Below are positions 21,701 to 30,572 of a DNA stretch of 64,000 nucleotides, in pieces. A program made the translations under genes and the position numbers. Numbering within the stretch: position 1 is the first letter of the stretch; each line of letters starts with the position of its first letter. The notes beneath the pieces are model-generated. The model saw nothing but the letters and a program-made list of their open reading frames with translations. It did no database searches and was not told the DNA's origin. Source of the DNA: a virus; the UHGV virus genome UHGV-0010228; one strand, 5' to 3'.

Positions 21701-24700
21701 CCTGATTAATTTTATTAGCTTCTTTCTGAAGATTTTCATTTTCTTTAGCAAGATTTATCTGTTCTTCCTGAAGCTTATGATTTAATCCTGCTAATTCATT
21801 TGTCTCTCTGAATAAATCAATTATCTTCTGTAAGTAAGATGACTTAGCGTCGTCATTATCTTTAATCTTAGATTCTACAAAATCTGCTAAACCATTAATA
21901 CCTTCAGGACCTAATCCCTTATCAATTTTACCAGATTTCTTAACTCTCTTAAGATTTTCAATAACGCTAGCATTAGATGCATCTTCTGATGTTCTACCAC
22001 CAAATGTGAATCCTGAAAGATCTACATCTCCTGCATACGCAGCTTTAATTAATTTATCAAGGAATATATCTTTATTAATACCTACTCTAGAATACATCGC
22101 ATCATCATTAAATCCAACATTCATTCTCGTAGCTTTTCTGCGTATATCTCCATATTTTCTAACATATTCTTCACGCATAGCTTCATATTTATTCTTGTCA
22201 GCTTCAAACTGATTCTTCTTTGAATTATATCTAAATCTCTTTTTCTCATTCTCATCTTTACGCTTTCTCTGCTTTACAAAATCTCTAAAATTACCAGTAG
22301 CAAAATATCCTGATTCTCTATATTCGTTAAATAAATCATCATCTAAGATATCTGCACTAAGATTACCAATATCTTCGATACCCATACCACTAGTATCTAT
22401 TCCATGTCTCTTTAACTTCTTTAATATTCTATCTGCATATTCAGTTCTATCAGCTTCACTAGTAAATTCATTTATTTTAAGATGGCTATTTAAAGCCTTC
22501 CCAGCAAAGAAATCTCTTATTGACTGGAGATAATCTTCTACTGCTGTCTGATAGCGCATAGTGCGTTCTCTTGCAGCTTTTTCTTCTGGGCTTTCCTGAA
22601 CTTTAACACCATCACGCATTATCTGCTCTTCAAGTGTGCCATTCTTTACAGCCTTAGACCATTCTCCACGTCTATAAAGTAAATCCATAATATCATCAGA
22701 TGTTTGTAATCTATTCAGATACTTATCATCTTTCATACCTGCTTTACGGAACATCTCACGATATCTCTTCACCTGTTCATCTGTTAAATCTACTTCTCTA
22801 CCACCAAGATCTTTAATTGTGATATTTTCTCTGATCTTATTGACCTTTTTCCACATCTTATTTTCTTTCTTGGCAGCTTTAGCTTTTGCATTTAGATCAT
22901 CTAAATCATTATCTGCTGTCATCCAATCAAATGCATTTCTACCAAGATCTGACATTTGATCAGCCCATCCTTCTTTTGCAGCTCTAGCTATATCACCTTT
23001 ACCTCTAATAGCTTGGAATATATCTACAGCTTTTCCTAATCCTGTTCTGCTATTACCAGCTTCACGTTCAGTTCTCCACTTACCCATGAGCATAGTAGCA
23101 ATATTTCTACGATATTCTTTTCTATAATCACCCATAGCATCTTTACGTTTACCACGAGTCAATAACTCTAAACCACGAAGACCTATAGAAACCGGAGCAA
23201 CTGCACCATAGATTCCTAATGACGCCGTTTTAGTTACAGCTTTAGTGATAAGCTTAGTTAATGACGCTACTGGACCAAATATTCTATGAAGGGCACCTTC
23301 AATAATAGTCTTAGCACCATCACCTATTTTTTCAATAACCGCTTTTATATTGTCTACAATATTATCTTTAACTTCTTTTATACTATCAACTATTGGACCA
23401 AATGCTTTTCTAAATGGTATTGTAATATTTTTTCTAATGGTATTTAAAGTTCCCATTACATGTTCTTTTGCAGGTCCTATGATATTATCAATTATAGTAA
23501 CCTTCATAACATTAGCCATTCGTCTTAAAAGACCATTAGTTTTTCTACCTATTACATTACCATTTTCATCAACTTGCTCTGTACCAAATAAGTATTCATT
23601 AAATTTCTTACTTGCAGAACTCATTCCGATTACCATACCAGCAATACCCATACCAATAGGTCCACCAGCAGATAATGCTGCAGGAATAAATCCCATATGA
23701 GACATCGTAGTAGCAGTTAATGCACCAATAGCAAAACCTTTTATTCCCTTACCGATCATAGGGAATAATTTGCCGAGTCTTTCTTTAGATTTATTCCAAT
23801 GATTTGATAACCAAGTTCCGCTGCGTTTTCCATCAGCACCTTTTTCACCAAATAACATTGATTGGAAAGACTCATTATTCTTTAATATACCTAATGCCGC
23901 ACCTAATAACGCACCACCAATTACACCAGAAGGTAATAATGCAGATGTTAACACTCCACCAGCACCAAACTGAGATACTGTCGAAGGCAATACTATTGAT
24001 TTTATAACACCTAATGTTGCACCACCAATTGCAAATGGTAAAGCTTTCTTAAATGATGCTTGCATCTTTTTAGTGAATATACCACCATGACGCTCACCAT
24101 TATCATCCATCTTACCAAACATTACAGACTGGAATGCTTCGGTGTGACTAAGAATTGATAGACCAGCCGCAGCGATAGCTCCACCTAATACAGTGTGAGG
24201 TAAAAATGCAAGACCGGTTAATCCTAAATTTTGTCTAGTTGCTAATAATCCGAAAATACCACCAGCTATTGCAGCTGCAGCTGCTTTAGGAGCAATCTTC
24301 TTTGCAGATTCTTTAAATTTTTCAAAGATATTCTGAGTAACTTTCTTTTTCTTAGTACTATCATTACTACCTTTTATATCTTCAGCAACATCTTCTGCTG
24401 CATCTTCAATTTTTTCTGCACCATTATATATCGTTAACGCAAATTGATCTTTTGCTGACTCGATCATATCCGCGGAATTATCAACTCCAACTGTGAATCT
24501 TTTCTTAGCACCTATAAGTTTCTTTCCAGTGAATCGTTTATAGTTACGCTTAGGGCCTTCTAATAATTTTGTCTCAGTAGCATTTATATATTTCTTATCT
24601 TCTACATCATCTGTAAGATTACTAGTAATATTTACTGTAGATTTTCTATCTCCTGGCTTTCTGAGTTTCCTCTTAAGAGATTCTTTTGTAACCCCTTCAG

Positions 24701-27680
24701 CCAATTGTACTTTACGAGGATCATTTTCCATTTGATAAACTTTATTTCGTTTATCTTTTCTATGTCTATCAGTCCATGATAAATATTTAAGATAAGTTTC
24801 ATTATTTTGCCAATCCTCACCAAATAAGTAAGTCATGGTACCACGCTGAATCTTATCGTATCCTTTTCCTAATTCTTCTTTGGTCTTTTTCCAAAAAGAC
24901 TTTTTACCATCCTTAGCTTTCTTAACCTGATCTTTAAATATACCATCTTTTTCATCAAAGAAATATTTCTTTATCTTTTCTCTAAGTTTTTTAGATGGTT
25001 CACTATCCCAGAATTTTGATAATAATCCATTTTCACCAAATAATGAAGATGTGAAATTAGTAAAGCTTGCAGATAAATTAGAAATTGCTATTGTATTAGC
25101 ATTTGCATTCTGCATTAAAGCTTCTTCTGGGGTATTTGGTGTTGGAGCATCTTGTAATCTATTAACTAAATTATTTCTAAGAGCAGTATCCTGTGCAACC
25201 TTTCTCTGGTCTCTACCAAGAATATCTTTTGGATTTCCGGTAATGTCCATCTTTTCAACTTGTGCACGAATATCATCAGTATCATTACTATGCCTAGCTC
25301 TTCGATTACGCATTCTATTGCGTAATGCTGCTTTATTACCACTAAATTTTACAGACCGTTTAGTACCAACACTATATGTGTTATAATCCAGATCATCAAA
25401 ATCAAAATCATCGGCGCTTCTAACTGGTCTGTAATGTTTATAATCGAAATCATCTTCGAGATCTTTATTTATCCCATATACAGTTCTAAAAAGTCTATCA
25501 TCTACAGGATCTACAAATTTTGATCTAGCATATTTATTCATTCTCTTCTTGCGCATTGCTTCGGCACGTTTAGGAGAGAATTTTCCAACAATTTTTTCTC
25601 CAAGATGAGTATTCTTTACTATCCATTCTTGATAATATTTCTTAATTATTTTCTTACATTCAGTCTTTTGCTCATTGATAGATGTAGCTTTATCGGCTAC
25701 CTTTTGTATTTCTTTATAAAATCCAGGTTCTGATGCGATATCTTCAATAATATCATCAGTAATTCCCATTTCTCGCATATAGTTCAATATACGTTCATCA
25801 ATCAAGCTTGAATCCATAAAGGCATATTCAAAATGGTTAATATCGAACTTTCTTCTACCACGTTCATCAGTACGTTTAAACTTTATATTATTTCTTCTAT
25901 CATTCCAAGCAGTTTTTCCGTACTGATTATTAATGTTTCTAAATATTGAAGTATCTGATGATCCAATATCAAATAACTTCTCGTTCAATCCAGCAATTGA
26001 CTCATTTATATAATTATCATAATCCATTATAGCTTGCTTATATAGATTATAATTTTCTTTCTTAAGATATGAGATTGCCTTTGCGAACTCAATACGTGCT
26101 TGTTTATCATCTATATTATCAAATATTCTATCATTAGTAATTTCACTTACTCTAGATGAAACCTTTTTTCTTTGCTTCTTATCACCAACTCCATTTATTG
26201 CATCAGTAATAGATTCGGCCATATTATTAAGAGAATATTTAAGCTCATCATTGAAATCTTTTTCAATACGATCTTTAGTCTTGAACATTCCTGTTTCATA
26301 ATCATAGTATCTCTTATTACCTTTACTATATGAAACTCGATTAAATCCATTAGGATCAACATTGAGATTTGATTTGGATAATATCTTACTGATATTAGCA
26401 ATATTATTATCCATACTACTCAAATATTCAGGAATTACTTCAACTATAGCTCTTTGAGCATATCCATTCCATGGTAAAGCATCTTTTGTATATCCACTAA
26501 GGCTTAATCCTTTTAATTTATTTCGGTCATTACCAAAAATATCACTAATTCCTAATAATGACCATATCATCTGCCCACCAAAGCCTAAACCTTTTGGTGA
26601 ATAACTCCCAATTCTTTTCAATATCTCATCGGCATATTTGCCAATCTTTTCATCAAATTTCTTTAATGATTTTGGCATTGCCATACCAATGAATTTTTCT
26701 GCAATAAATCCTACAGGATCATTCTTTATTTTCTTTATGGTATCTCCTCCGCCCATTCCTTGACCAGGAAGCATGAGCTGAGCCATTGTACCTAATAATG
26801 AATTTCCAAAATTATTTTTAACGTATCCAAGATATTCTTTTACATTAAATCCACTAGAAGTGTCAAAGTTTTTGCTTGAAGGTTTATCTTTAGAATATTT
26901 ATATTTTGTCATATTTTCAAGCATATCGCCAATTCCACTCATCATATCATTTGCAGATGAGAAGAAATCGCCCATAGTTTCATATGCTTGAACTGTATTT
27001 GAATTATGAAATTCTAACAGTTTTTCAATATTATCATTTATTCTATCAACCTTATGATTTAAGGTCATAAGTGATGAATTCAACAAATTCGTTCCATATA
27101 GAACTGAATTTATTATAGCATCAGCATTAGCACTAGAAAGTTTTGCATTTGTCCTATTTATACTATTAGCTAAATGCTCCATTCCTTTTACTTGTGCCGA
27201 ACTTGATAGCACAATTGACTTCGCAACACCAGCAGATGCATTCATATACACTTCTGCGTTTTTTGAATTATTTGTACTATCAGAAAACTCATCATCATCT
27301 AAAGCAAAATCATCATTTAAATCAAAATCTCCCATTATATCATTTTCAAATGAATCATATAATTCATCTGATACAATATTTGAGAAGACTCCCGAATTTA
27401 ATTGCTCTTTTGCTCTATTAAAAGTATCTCGAGCAGCTTTAGCGAGTTTATTTTTACCCATCTCTCTCTGCTCTTGGGTCTGCACATTCTTAAATTTTCT
27501 TGATGTATTTCTTATCTCCTTATTAATTTCTGAAATACCTTGTGCAGTATTATATGTTGATGGTAATACTTCTTTAGCAGTTATCTTAAAAGCATTACCA
27601 ACTGACGATCCAGCATTTCTTACCCAAGATTTTTTCTTAGATCTCGAACTGCTAGATCTAGATTTTATAGTTCTAGCCAA
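15717..27680 (-). CDS. Giant 3987-aa virion/tail protein: tape-measure-like glycine-rich TM region plus C39-like peptidase, lytic transglycosylase and M23 peptidase domains
   Basis: Uninterrupted ORF with TTG start and AAAGGTGG RBS. The middle has Gly/Ala-rich membrane-spanning segments (AAAAIAGGIFGLLA..., GGPIGMGIAGMVIGM). Domain motifs: GGCGPTSLAM...GHIVVASGMD (C39-like); LTLAQAIQETSLGSAGG...NNMFGVM (SLT/lysozyme-like); HNGIDFAAPAGTPIY...GNHLHYGVKKNG (M23). Confidence 0.85.
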   Translation of the reverse strand: MARTIKSRSSSSRSKKKSWVRNAGSSVGNAFKITAKEVLPSTYNTAQGISEINKEIRNTSRKFKNVQTQEQREMGKNKLAKAARDTFNRAKEQLNSGVFSNIVSDELYDSFENDIMGDFDLNDDFALDDDEFSDSTNNSKNAEVYMNASAGVAKSIVLSSSAQVKGMEHLANSINRTNAKLSSANADAIINSVLYGTNLLNSSLMTLNHKVDRINDNIEKLLEFHNSNTVQAYETMGDFFSSANDMMSGIGDMLENMTKYKYSKDKPSSKNFDTSSGFNVKEYLGYVKNNFGNSLLGTMAQLMLPGQGMGGGDTIKKIKNDPVGFIAEKFIGMAMPKSLKKFDEKIGKYADEILKRIGSYSPKGLGFGGQMIWSLLGISDIFGNDRNKLKGLSLSGYTKDALPWNGYAQRAIVEVIPEYLSSMDNNIANISKILSKSNLNVDPNGFNRVSYSKGNKRYYDYETGMFKTKDRIEKDFNDELKYSLNNMAESITDAINGVGDKKQRKKVSSRVSEITNDRIFDNIDDKQARIEFAKAISYLKKENYNLYKQAIMDYDNYINESIAGLNEKLFDIGSSDTSIFRNINNQYGKTAWNDRRNNIKFKRTDERGRRKFDINHFEYAFMDSSLIDERILNYMREMGITDDIIEDIASEPGFYKEIQKVADKATSINEQKTECKKIIKKYYQEWIVKNTHLGEKIVGKFSPKRAEAMRKKRMNKYARSKFVDPVDDRLFRTVYGINKDLEDDFDYKHYRPVRSADDFDFDDLDYNTYSVGTKRSVKFSGNKAALRNRMRNRRARHSNDTDDIRAQVEKMDITGNPKDILGRDQRKVAQDTALRNNLVNRLQDAPTPNTPEEALMQNANANTIAISNLSASFTNFTSSLFGENGLLSKFWDSEPSKKLREKIKKYFFDEKDGIFKDQVKKAKDGKKSFWKKTKEELGKGYDKIQRGTMTYLFGEDWQNNETYLKYLSWTDRHRKDKRNKVYQMENDPRKVQLAEGVTKESLKRKLRKPGDRKSTVNITSNLTDDVEDKKYINATETKLLEGPKRNYKRFTGKKLIGAKKRFTVGVDNSADMIESAKDQFALTIYNGAEKIEDAAEDVAEDIKGSNDSTKKKKVTQNIFEKFKESAKKIAPKAAAAAIAGGIFGLLATRQNLGLTGLAFLPHTVLGGAIAAAGLSILSHTEAFQSVMFGKMDDNGERHGGIFTKKMQASFKKALPFAIGGATLGVIKSIVLPSTVSQFGAGGVLTSALLPSGVIGGALLGAALGILKNNESFQSMLFGEKGADGKRSGTWLSNHWNKSKERLGKLFPMIGKGIKGFAIGALTATTMSHMGFIPAALSAGGPIGMGIAGMVIGMSSASKKFNEYLFGTEQVDENGNVIGRKTNGLLRRMANVMKVTIIDNIIGPAKEHVMGTLNTIRKNITIPFRKAFGPIVDSIKEVKDNIVDNIKAVIEKIGDGAKTIIEGALHRIFGPVASLTKLITKAVTKTASLGIYGAVAPVSIGLRGLELLTRGKRKDAMGDYRKEYRRNIATMLMGKWRTEREAGNSRTGLGKAVDIFQAIRGKGDIARAAKEGWADQMSDLGRNAFDWMTADNDLDDLNAKAKAAKKENKMWKKVNKIRENITIKDLGGREVDLTDEQVKRYREMFRKAGMKDDKYLNRLQTSDDIMDLLYRRGEWSKAVKNGTLEEQIMRDGVKVQESPEEKAARERTMRYQTAVEDYLQSIRDFFAGKALNSHLKINEFTSEADRTEYADRILKKLKRHGIDTSGMGIEDIGNLSADILDDDLFNEYRESGYFATGNFRDFVKQRKRKDENEKKRFRYNSKKNQFEADKNKYEAMREEYVRKYGDIRRKATRMNVGFNDDAMYSRVGINKDIFLDKLIKAAYAGDVDLSGFTFGGRTSEDASNASVIENLKRVKKSGKIDKGLGPEGINGLADFVESKIKDNDDAKSSYLQKIIDLFRETNELAGLNHKLQEEQINLAKENENLQKEANKINQDIADAAAVDVEINTDGDITGDDVRKKRKSTSKGNPLKRFGKRIMDKYKITENENVQNMKNNIKSFFALNRKDEDTEEVRKGATSVATIGATSAAKTNEEEEKPTENDTSIIRKALGKILGVSGSVLGAVGNTLPAKLVVAGVKKIIPAYTVAGITIGIAEIIRPGFQARLEAKTQEFSNFIERGAIWDQYVLPTLEHGLTSIGNGINKFSENFPMYWNQYIFPSITKVFENIGKNAHYIADVIKVMFNTLAEPMMNAFISVIPTIAGSVLKALWNVTVGKLVPGWKFKTDTTEVYTLSTAHMSKEQRASMIQGLQANGNNVIDVDEDGTISYTRDQDAIGIDEDGNATYAEHTDAQRIGLNGFVRGAINAARGGRTGKLLYKGAGAVLGATVGGAFGLMPGGISPVTGALYGGARGAALGDAAIKATSSVARSVAGSSINTIVSSTGLRSGRASDIGARVLQNGALNNISDKTLDEVNKVLVSNIDDKQAYDILKGISAESAAGNVKSGAGAMVAKGLSVHKAPEELLEEVLKYLPVEERLGVLEKYASESVSKSIVDIARRNIIKDTALDLGFTMSKSEAGAIAEATAKAAAGEATTDFEKDILKKSTQSVVETGASDAVKESRKGLIRKAFGLVEKGISAIAKNKVVLKVLGKIMKDKSGQKTVIAKTISAISSWLKDKLTFILSEDRIYMKYATLLGTQIAKAGITTSPIGILFGVYDLATGFFEAANLFKVNANDVDLLMRFISSVMKCLMGISVGIVIDLTLEVVGAFKGCDLKCEFASFLYDKLSGLFNDQFALNLDEAQKRFEEEAAQYNAENGDDLTLDEYSDTIANRSVIKRVWSVIRHPIISMNKALGYGKPAGAYSGYTMTDYNDDYITNDVSGGTIRSGASTNTSNNRNKSSNINNAGFGRGPVGFGYGQALSQKNAQWSSIPLGTLPNGQPSTMANGGCGPTSLAMIANDINGKMISPGDIGKMAAANGYITQGGANAALFTKGAAEMGLKPHQVTRGSELYTNIKSGVPTIVAGRGDHTNDPFTSAGHIVVASGMDSNGNIIIKDPMDGKTKSYSASSVINNATGGWSYGYGNINIPDMYKTKKTAYDIPFGYGLISSTLNKLSNKSKLVKDITTAKKNEAKTTTNYNPPAPSKLYNAANKTKLTSRDIENKYLADPYKFCAIKKSIPPVPEQTKDLAGIGNTALYSLILSYKKSDFKLYDKYIVEGYKKYEALSWRKKVNTYGDNIFRTRYIYEYVYKKWKSSTGSNDTTITKIDYFNKSTDVCNVATIGKKNVPVSKITDAELRRLVDTVMQSADRDKYYTLRDYWRYVEIPINKKYNKYSIVIKDGETETGTNVTYKSKSVIKQHERTRLSYIYVNWGLSSSKIKDMQERVDNSEYYVNGVDMSSIAATDESLASGLLEHTREGVMNFLGSLKGENLFTKLKRLAGAISSYMTAYVNGTDPWEAIASELESDVSSDYETAEDGKTLGSTGIVDFNGSSITIPAELNVSGRQWAKKSLSERLNILAKFAQDNARSTSLPPSLTLAQAIQETSLGSAGGALSSNNMFGVMPKGKLAKYNTIGDSVVRYWDVLSGKLYSGARTATTAYDAMHAVANAGYCTSTYDYPNNIPMAKIDYENKLKRLYVNYNLGQYDSVGGKNIYGWGDIDLPIGYGNSTWGEMISGYAEGVGNAMKASKMGDLWDWINSKYSSGKSSNTNTTSKSSSSSLSGSSVGSSVNVVGNNAKEAIQKTLKYTRISSPFGYRSDPQSGKRKMHNGIDFAAPAGTPIYTPVSGTVTRSESPGSTGGFGNLVVVTDSKGTQHYFAHQSKRLVSKGARVAKGAKVGLVGSTGKSTGNHLHYGVKKNGSWINPASYSLVGLGPDYNKKLNIANVNMAKRYNINPDAPYFGGNSENGGFINKNTFINANNDGVESRLDTIANTIDKWYGDSKNSSPTNITNSGNTTIIGGNKTNNISTGSRAKSAKSLKNPNLNSMYNKIATL
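16100..16465 (-). other. M23 (LytM-type) metallopeptidase domain of the giant protein
   Basis: HxxxD...HxH motif set: HNGIDFAAP, then NHLHYG near 16154. Confidence 0.7.
16760..17180 (-). other. Lytic transglycosylase (SLT-like) domain of the giant protein
   Basis: AQAIQETSLGS... catalytic-Glu motif encoded near 17040-17110. Confidence 0.6.
18455..18900 (-). other. C39-like (papain-fold) peptidase domain of the giant protein
   Basis: GGCGPTSLAMIAN...GHIVV. The cysteine is encoded near 18840-18850. Confidence 0.55.
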
Positions 27681-27764
27681 ATTAAATTCACCACCTTTCA
27701 GCTATAGATTAAATTTAGCCTAAACTTTTATCGGTCTGTTTTTATAGGTTAATTTAGGGAATTA

Positions 27765-27805
27765 AATAAAATAGATAGTTTATATAAACTATCTATTTTA
27801 TTTAG
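27765..27805 (-). terminator. Terminator hairpin for gene 27809..28216
   Basis: aaataaaatagatagtttata / tataaactatctattttattt inverted repeat. Confidence 0.5.
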
Positions 27806-27808
27806 TAT

Positions 27809-28216
27809 TTAAATCTTTTGTGGTATATGTGTATATACACAGCCTTCATCACCATCACCGGAATCAAACTTACAATAATTAATATACTTTAAAGCAATTA
27901 ATTGCGCCAAATCTTCATGAATTCCTAAACAAATGTGCATATCCTGACTCATCTCACCAATAACGAAATATGTTTGACGACCTTCATCAATTGTTTCTAT
28001 ATCTCTATACCAACTTTTTAATTGACTTATAGATATTGGTTCATAATTATTATCTTGGGCAAATTGATATTTTTCATATATTTCTTTTCCCGTAAGCTTT
28101 TTTAAATCAGAATTATATGCGTTTAATACGCGTCTTGCTTCATCATTAAATTCTTTAGTTGCAGTTAATGCTATTACTAATTTAAGGAGATCATTTTCAA
28201 TCTGTTTTATTATCAT
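27809..28216 (-). CDS. hypothetical protein (135 aa; start uncertain)
   Basis: ORF from the first ATG with no RBS. The frame stays open for 38 more codons upstream (see findings). Confidence 0.5.
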   Translation of the reverse strand: MIIKQIENDLLKLVIALTATKEFNDEARRVLNAYNSDLKKLTGKEIYEKYQFAQDNNYEPISISQLKSWYRDIETIDEGRQTYFVIGEMSQDMHICLGIHEDLAQLIALKYINYCKFDSGDGDEGCVYTHIPQKI

Positions 28217-28338
28217 ATTTCTATCTTTAAAATAACCCTTAGGATAAGGTGTAAAATCATATTTTATTTGGCTTTTTATAGTATCCAGATTAAGATAAAT
28301 ATAATCAGGTGCTTTTCCTTTCGGAATATATTCCGATT

Positions 28339-28896
28339 TTATCTATCACCATATTTTTTATAAAATTCATCCACATTATCTTGATAATATCTAGTTATAT
28401 TATTTATCATTGTGGTAATATCTAAATATACAAACTCTCCCCTGTCGTTAGTAAATAAATAAGCAATATCTTGATCTCCAATCCAATAATATACAATCTG
28501 TCCACCGAGTTTTATTTTGAAAAAATCATTATTGTAAGTTTTAGAATATTCCTTAAATTTTTTATTATCTGGATCTACATCATTAACTGATATTTCAGTT
28601 TCATCATCAGGTCCAAAAATCTTTCGAAATTCTTTTAAAAATAATGCTTTGTTATATTTAATTTTATTCGGATAGCATAATTCGATATAAAGATTTAAAA
28701 AGTTAGTGATATAATTTAAATCTTCATATTTATCTCCTTCTATTACTCCATTAATTTGAGGATCATTGTATACAACTCTTGAAATTTTTCGCATGAGTAC
28801 ATTCTGAGCTTTCTTTTGACTTCTTGCTTCTTTTTTAACAGCTCTTATATCTTTTAATTTAGAAATTAATCCTTCCATTACTATTATATCATTCAT
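28339..28896 (-). CDS. hypothetical protein (185 aa)
   Basis: GGAGG RBS. Preceded by the 68-bp leader repeat. Confidence 0.65.
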   Translation of the reverse strand: MNDIIVMEGLISKLKDIRAVKKEARSQKKAQNVLMRKISRVVYNDPQINGVIEGDKYEDLNYITNFLNLYIELCYPNKIKYNKALFLKEFRKIFGPDDETEISVNDVDPDNKKFKEYSKTYNNDFFKIKLGGQIVYYWIGDQDIAYLFTNDRGEFVYLDITTMINNITRYYQDNVDEFYKKYGDR

Positions 28897-28965
28897 ATAT
28901 AATACCTCCTTATATTATATAGTATTAATATAATGTATAATAAAAAAAAACAAGTGAATGACTAA
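28897..28965 (-). promoter_or_regulatory. 68-bp leader/promoter repeat, copy A
   Basis: Nearly identical to 30502..30572 (tattaatataatgtataataaaaaaaaacaagtgaatga). Confidence 0.5.
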
Positions 28966-29901
28966 TATTAGTCATTCACTATTATTAACTATATTGATTA
29001 TAATTCATTATATACCACAACTACCACTCCGTAGAATATACACACTTTGTCTCGCGATCATGCAACATGTTAACCATGACCTAACACCCCGTCGCCACCG
29101 TTTGCTTCTTCGGATCTTCAAGCTTTCGAAAACCCGCTTAAAATATACTACCCGCCACGTTACACGGTTTGCTATCTACATCGGCTCTTTCGAATGCAGA
29201 ATGCTCAAATGTTGAAACTTTAAATATCACTTAAGGACATTTATCATTACAACGCAATCATAGCATTAAATGTGCAGATTTAGATAGCAACAAATAATGC
29301 AATCATGTTTCGAGTATATTCTAAACGGGGAGGTTCTCTAATTGCACCGCCACGCCCAGTGAGGATGTTAGTCACCTACAGCAGTAATTGCGTAGAGCTA
29401 TATAACATCGTTAATTATAACCTAGTTATTTATTATCTTTAGTATATTATATAAAAGATTAGCTTCTTATTGTATCTAATCTATCTAGTAGAGTATTTAT
29501 TACCATCTACTAAATCTAGTCTATATAATATAAAATTCTTATATTATAATCATATTATAAACTATCATATTGTAAAGTGTCCTGATAATATTAATTGACA
29601 CGAATGTGAAGCCTATGTATATACTTCGAATTACAACAATATCGTTTTTAGATATCTTATTGACTAGCTATTAGTATTATTATGAACTATATAGCAATTC
29701 TTATCATATAATATCAATAAGAGATAGCGCGATTAAAAAATAAAAATAATCAATCAAAAAAGAATATCGCTAAATATAATATAACTATATTATAGAATTA
29801 TTCGTCACATAATTAATTTTAAATCCCATTTAAAATTAATTTCTATAATTATGTTATATCAATATAAAAAAATAAAATCAAAAACCATTTTGTTATTATT
29901 A

Positions 29902-30501
29902 TCAAATCATGCCCATCATCATCAGATTATTCTGCTGCAGCATTTGTTGCTGTTGCATCATATCAATATGTTGTTGTTGCATTTGTTGCTGTTGCATCTG
30001 AGCAAATAATAATGCAAGCGATTGACGATCCTTTGGTGACATATGAGTATTAATTCTATCTATCAATTCTTTTCGTGTCACACATCTTAATTCATCATAA
30101 ATGAAAAAATAGAATTTAGTCGTACCGATAATTGATTTAAATTCCATAACAGCAAATTTGACGCCATGAGTTTTAGTATTGATATATGTAATTTTAGTTT
30201 TAATTTTTGCATTATCATACTCTATTTTTTTAGTATATTTCCTCTCTTTAGCTTGCACTATTAATAATTCTTTAAACAATGCATCATCTTCCATCGCATG
30301 TTTAAGTGCTATCTCAAGACCTCCATTAAATTCTCTAGATCCATCATCAAATGTGTTACAATATAATCTAACCAATTCAGTATCTGATGCTTTTTCTAAT
30401 TTTTTCGGAAGGTTCCTTATAGCATTAAATATCTTTCCTTCATATGCATAATCATTATCTATTACATTATATGATTCTAATGTATTATATAAATCAAACA
30501 T
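29902..30501 (-). CDS. hypothetical protein with Q/M-rich C-terminus (199 aa)
   Basis: GGAGG RBS, leader repeat copy B. C-terminus reads MQQQQMQQQHIDMMQQQQMLQQNNLMMMGMI. Confidence 0.6.
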   Translation of the reverse strand: MFDLYNTLESYNVIDNDYAYEGKIFNAIRNLPKKLEKASDTELVRLYCNTFDDGSREFNGGLEIALKHAMEDDALFKELLIVQAKERKYTKKIEYDNAKIKTKITYINTKTHGVKFAVMEFKSIIGTTKFYFFIYDELRCVTRKELIDRINTHMSPKDRQSLALLFAQMQQQQMQQQHIDMMQQQQMLQQNNLMMMGMI

Positions 30502-30572
30502 TATAATACCTCCTTATATTATATATAATATTAATATAATGTATAATAAAAAAAAAACAAGTGAATGAATCA
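30502..30572 (-). promoter_or_regulatory. 68-bp leader/promoter repeat, copy B
   Basis: Direct repeat of 28897..28965. Confidence 0.5.

Noticed and set aside
15664-27000. Numerous antisense ORFs inside the giant gene (for example 15664..16074, 19666..20142, 20218..20697, 25051..25386)
   Set aside because: They are shadow ORFs opposite a continuous 3987-codon gene, with no RBSs.
29150-29200. tRNA-like T-loop (ttcgaatgc)
   Set aside because: No flanking T-stem, acceptor or anticodon stems could be formed. No tRNA was found in the window.
28958-29215. 85-aa + ORF in the GC-elevated non-coding island
   Set aside because: No RBS. It is the product of a GC-rich stop-poor sequence, and the region is better interpreted as non-coding.
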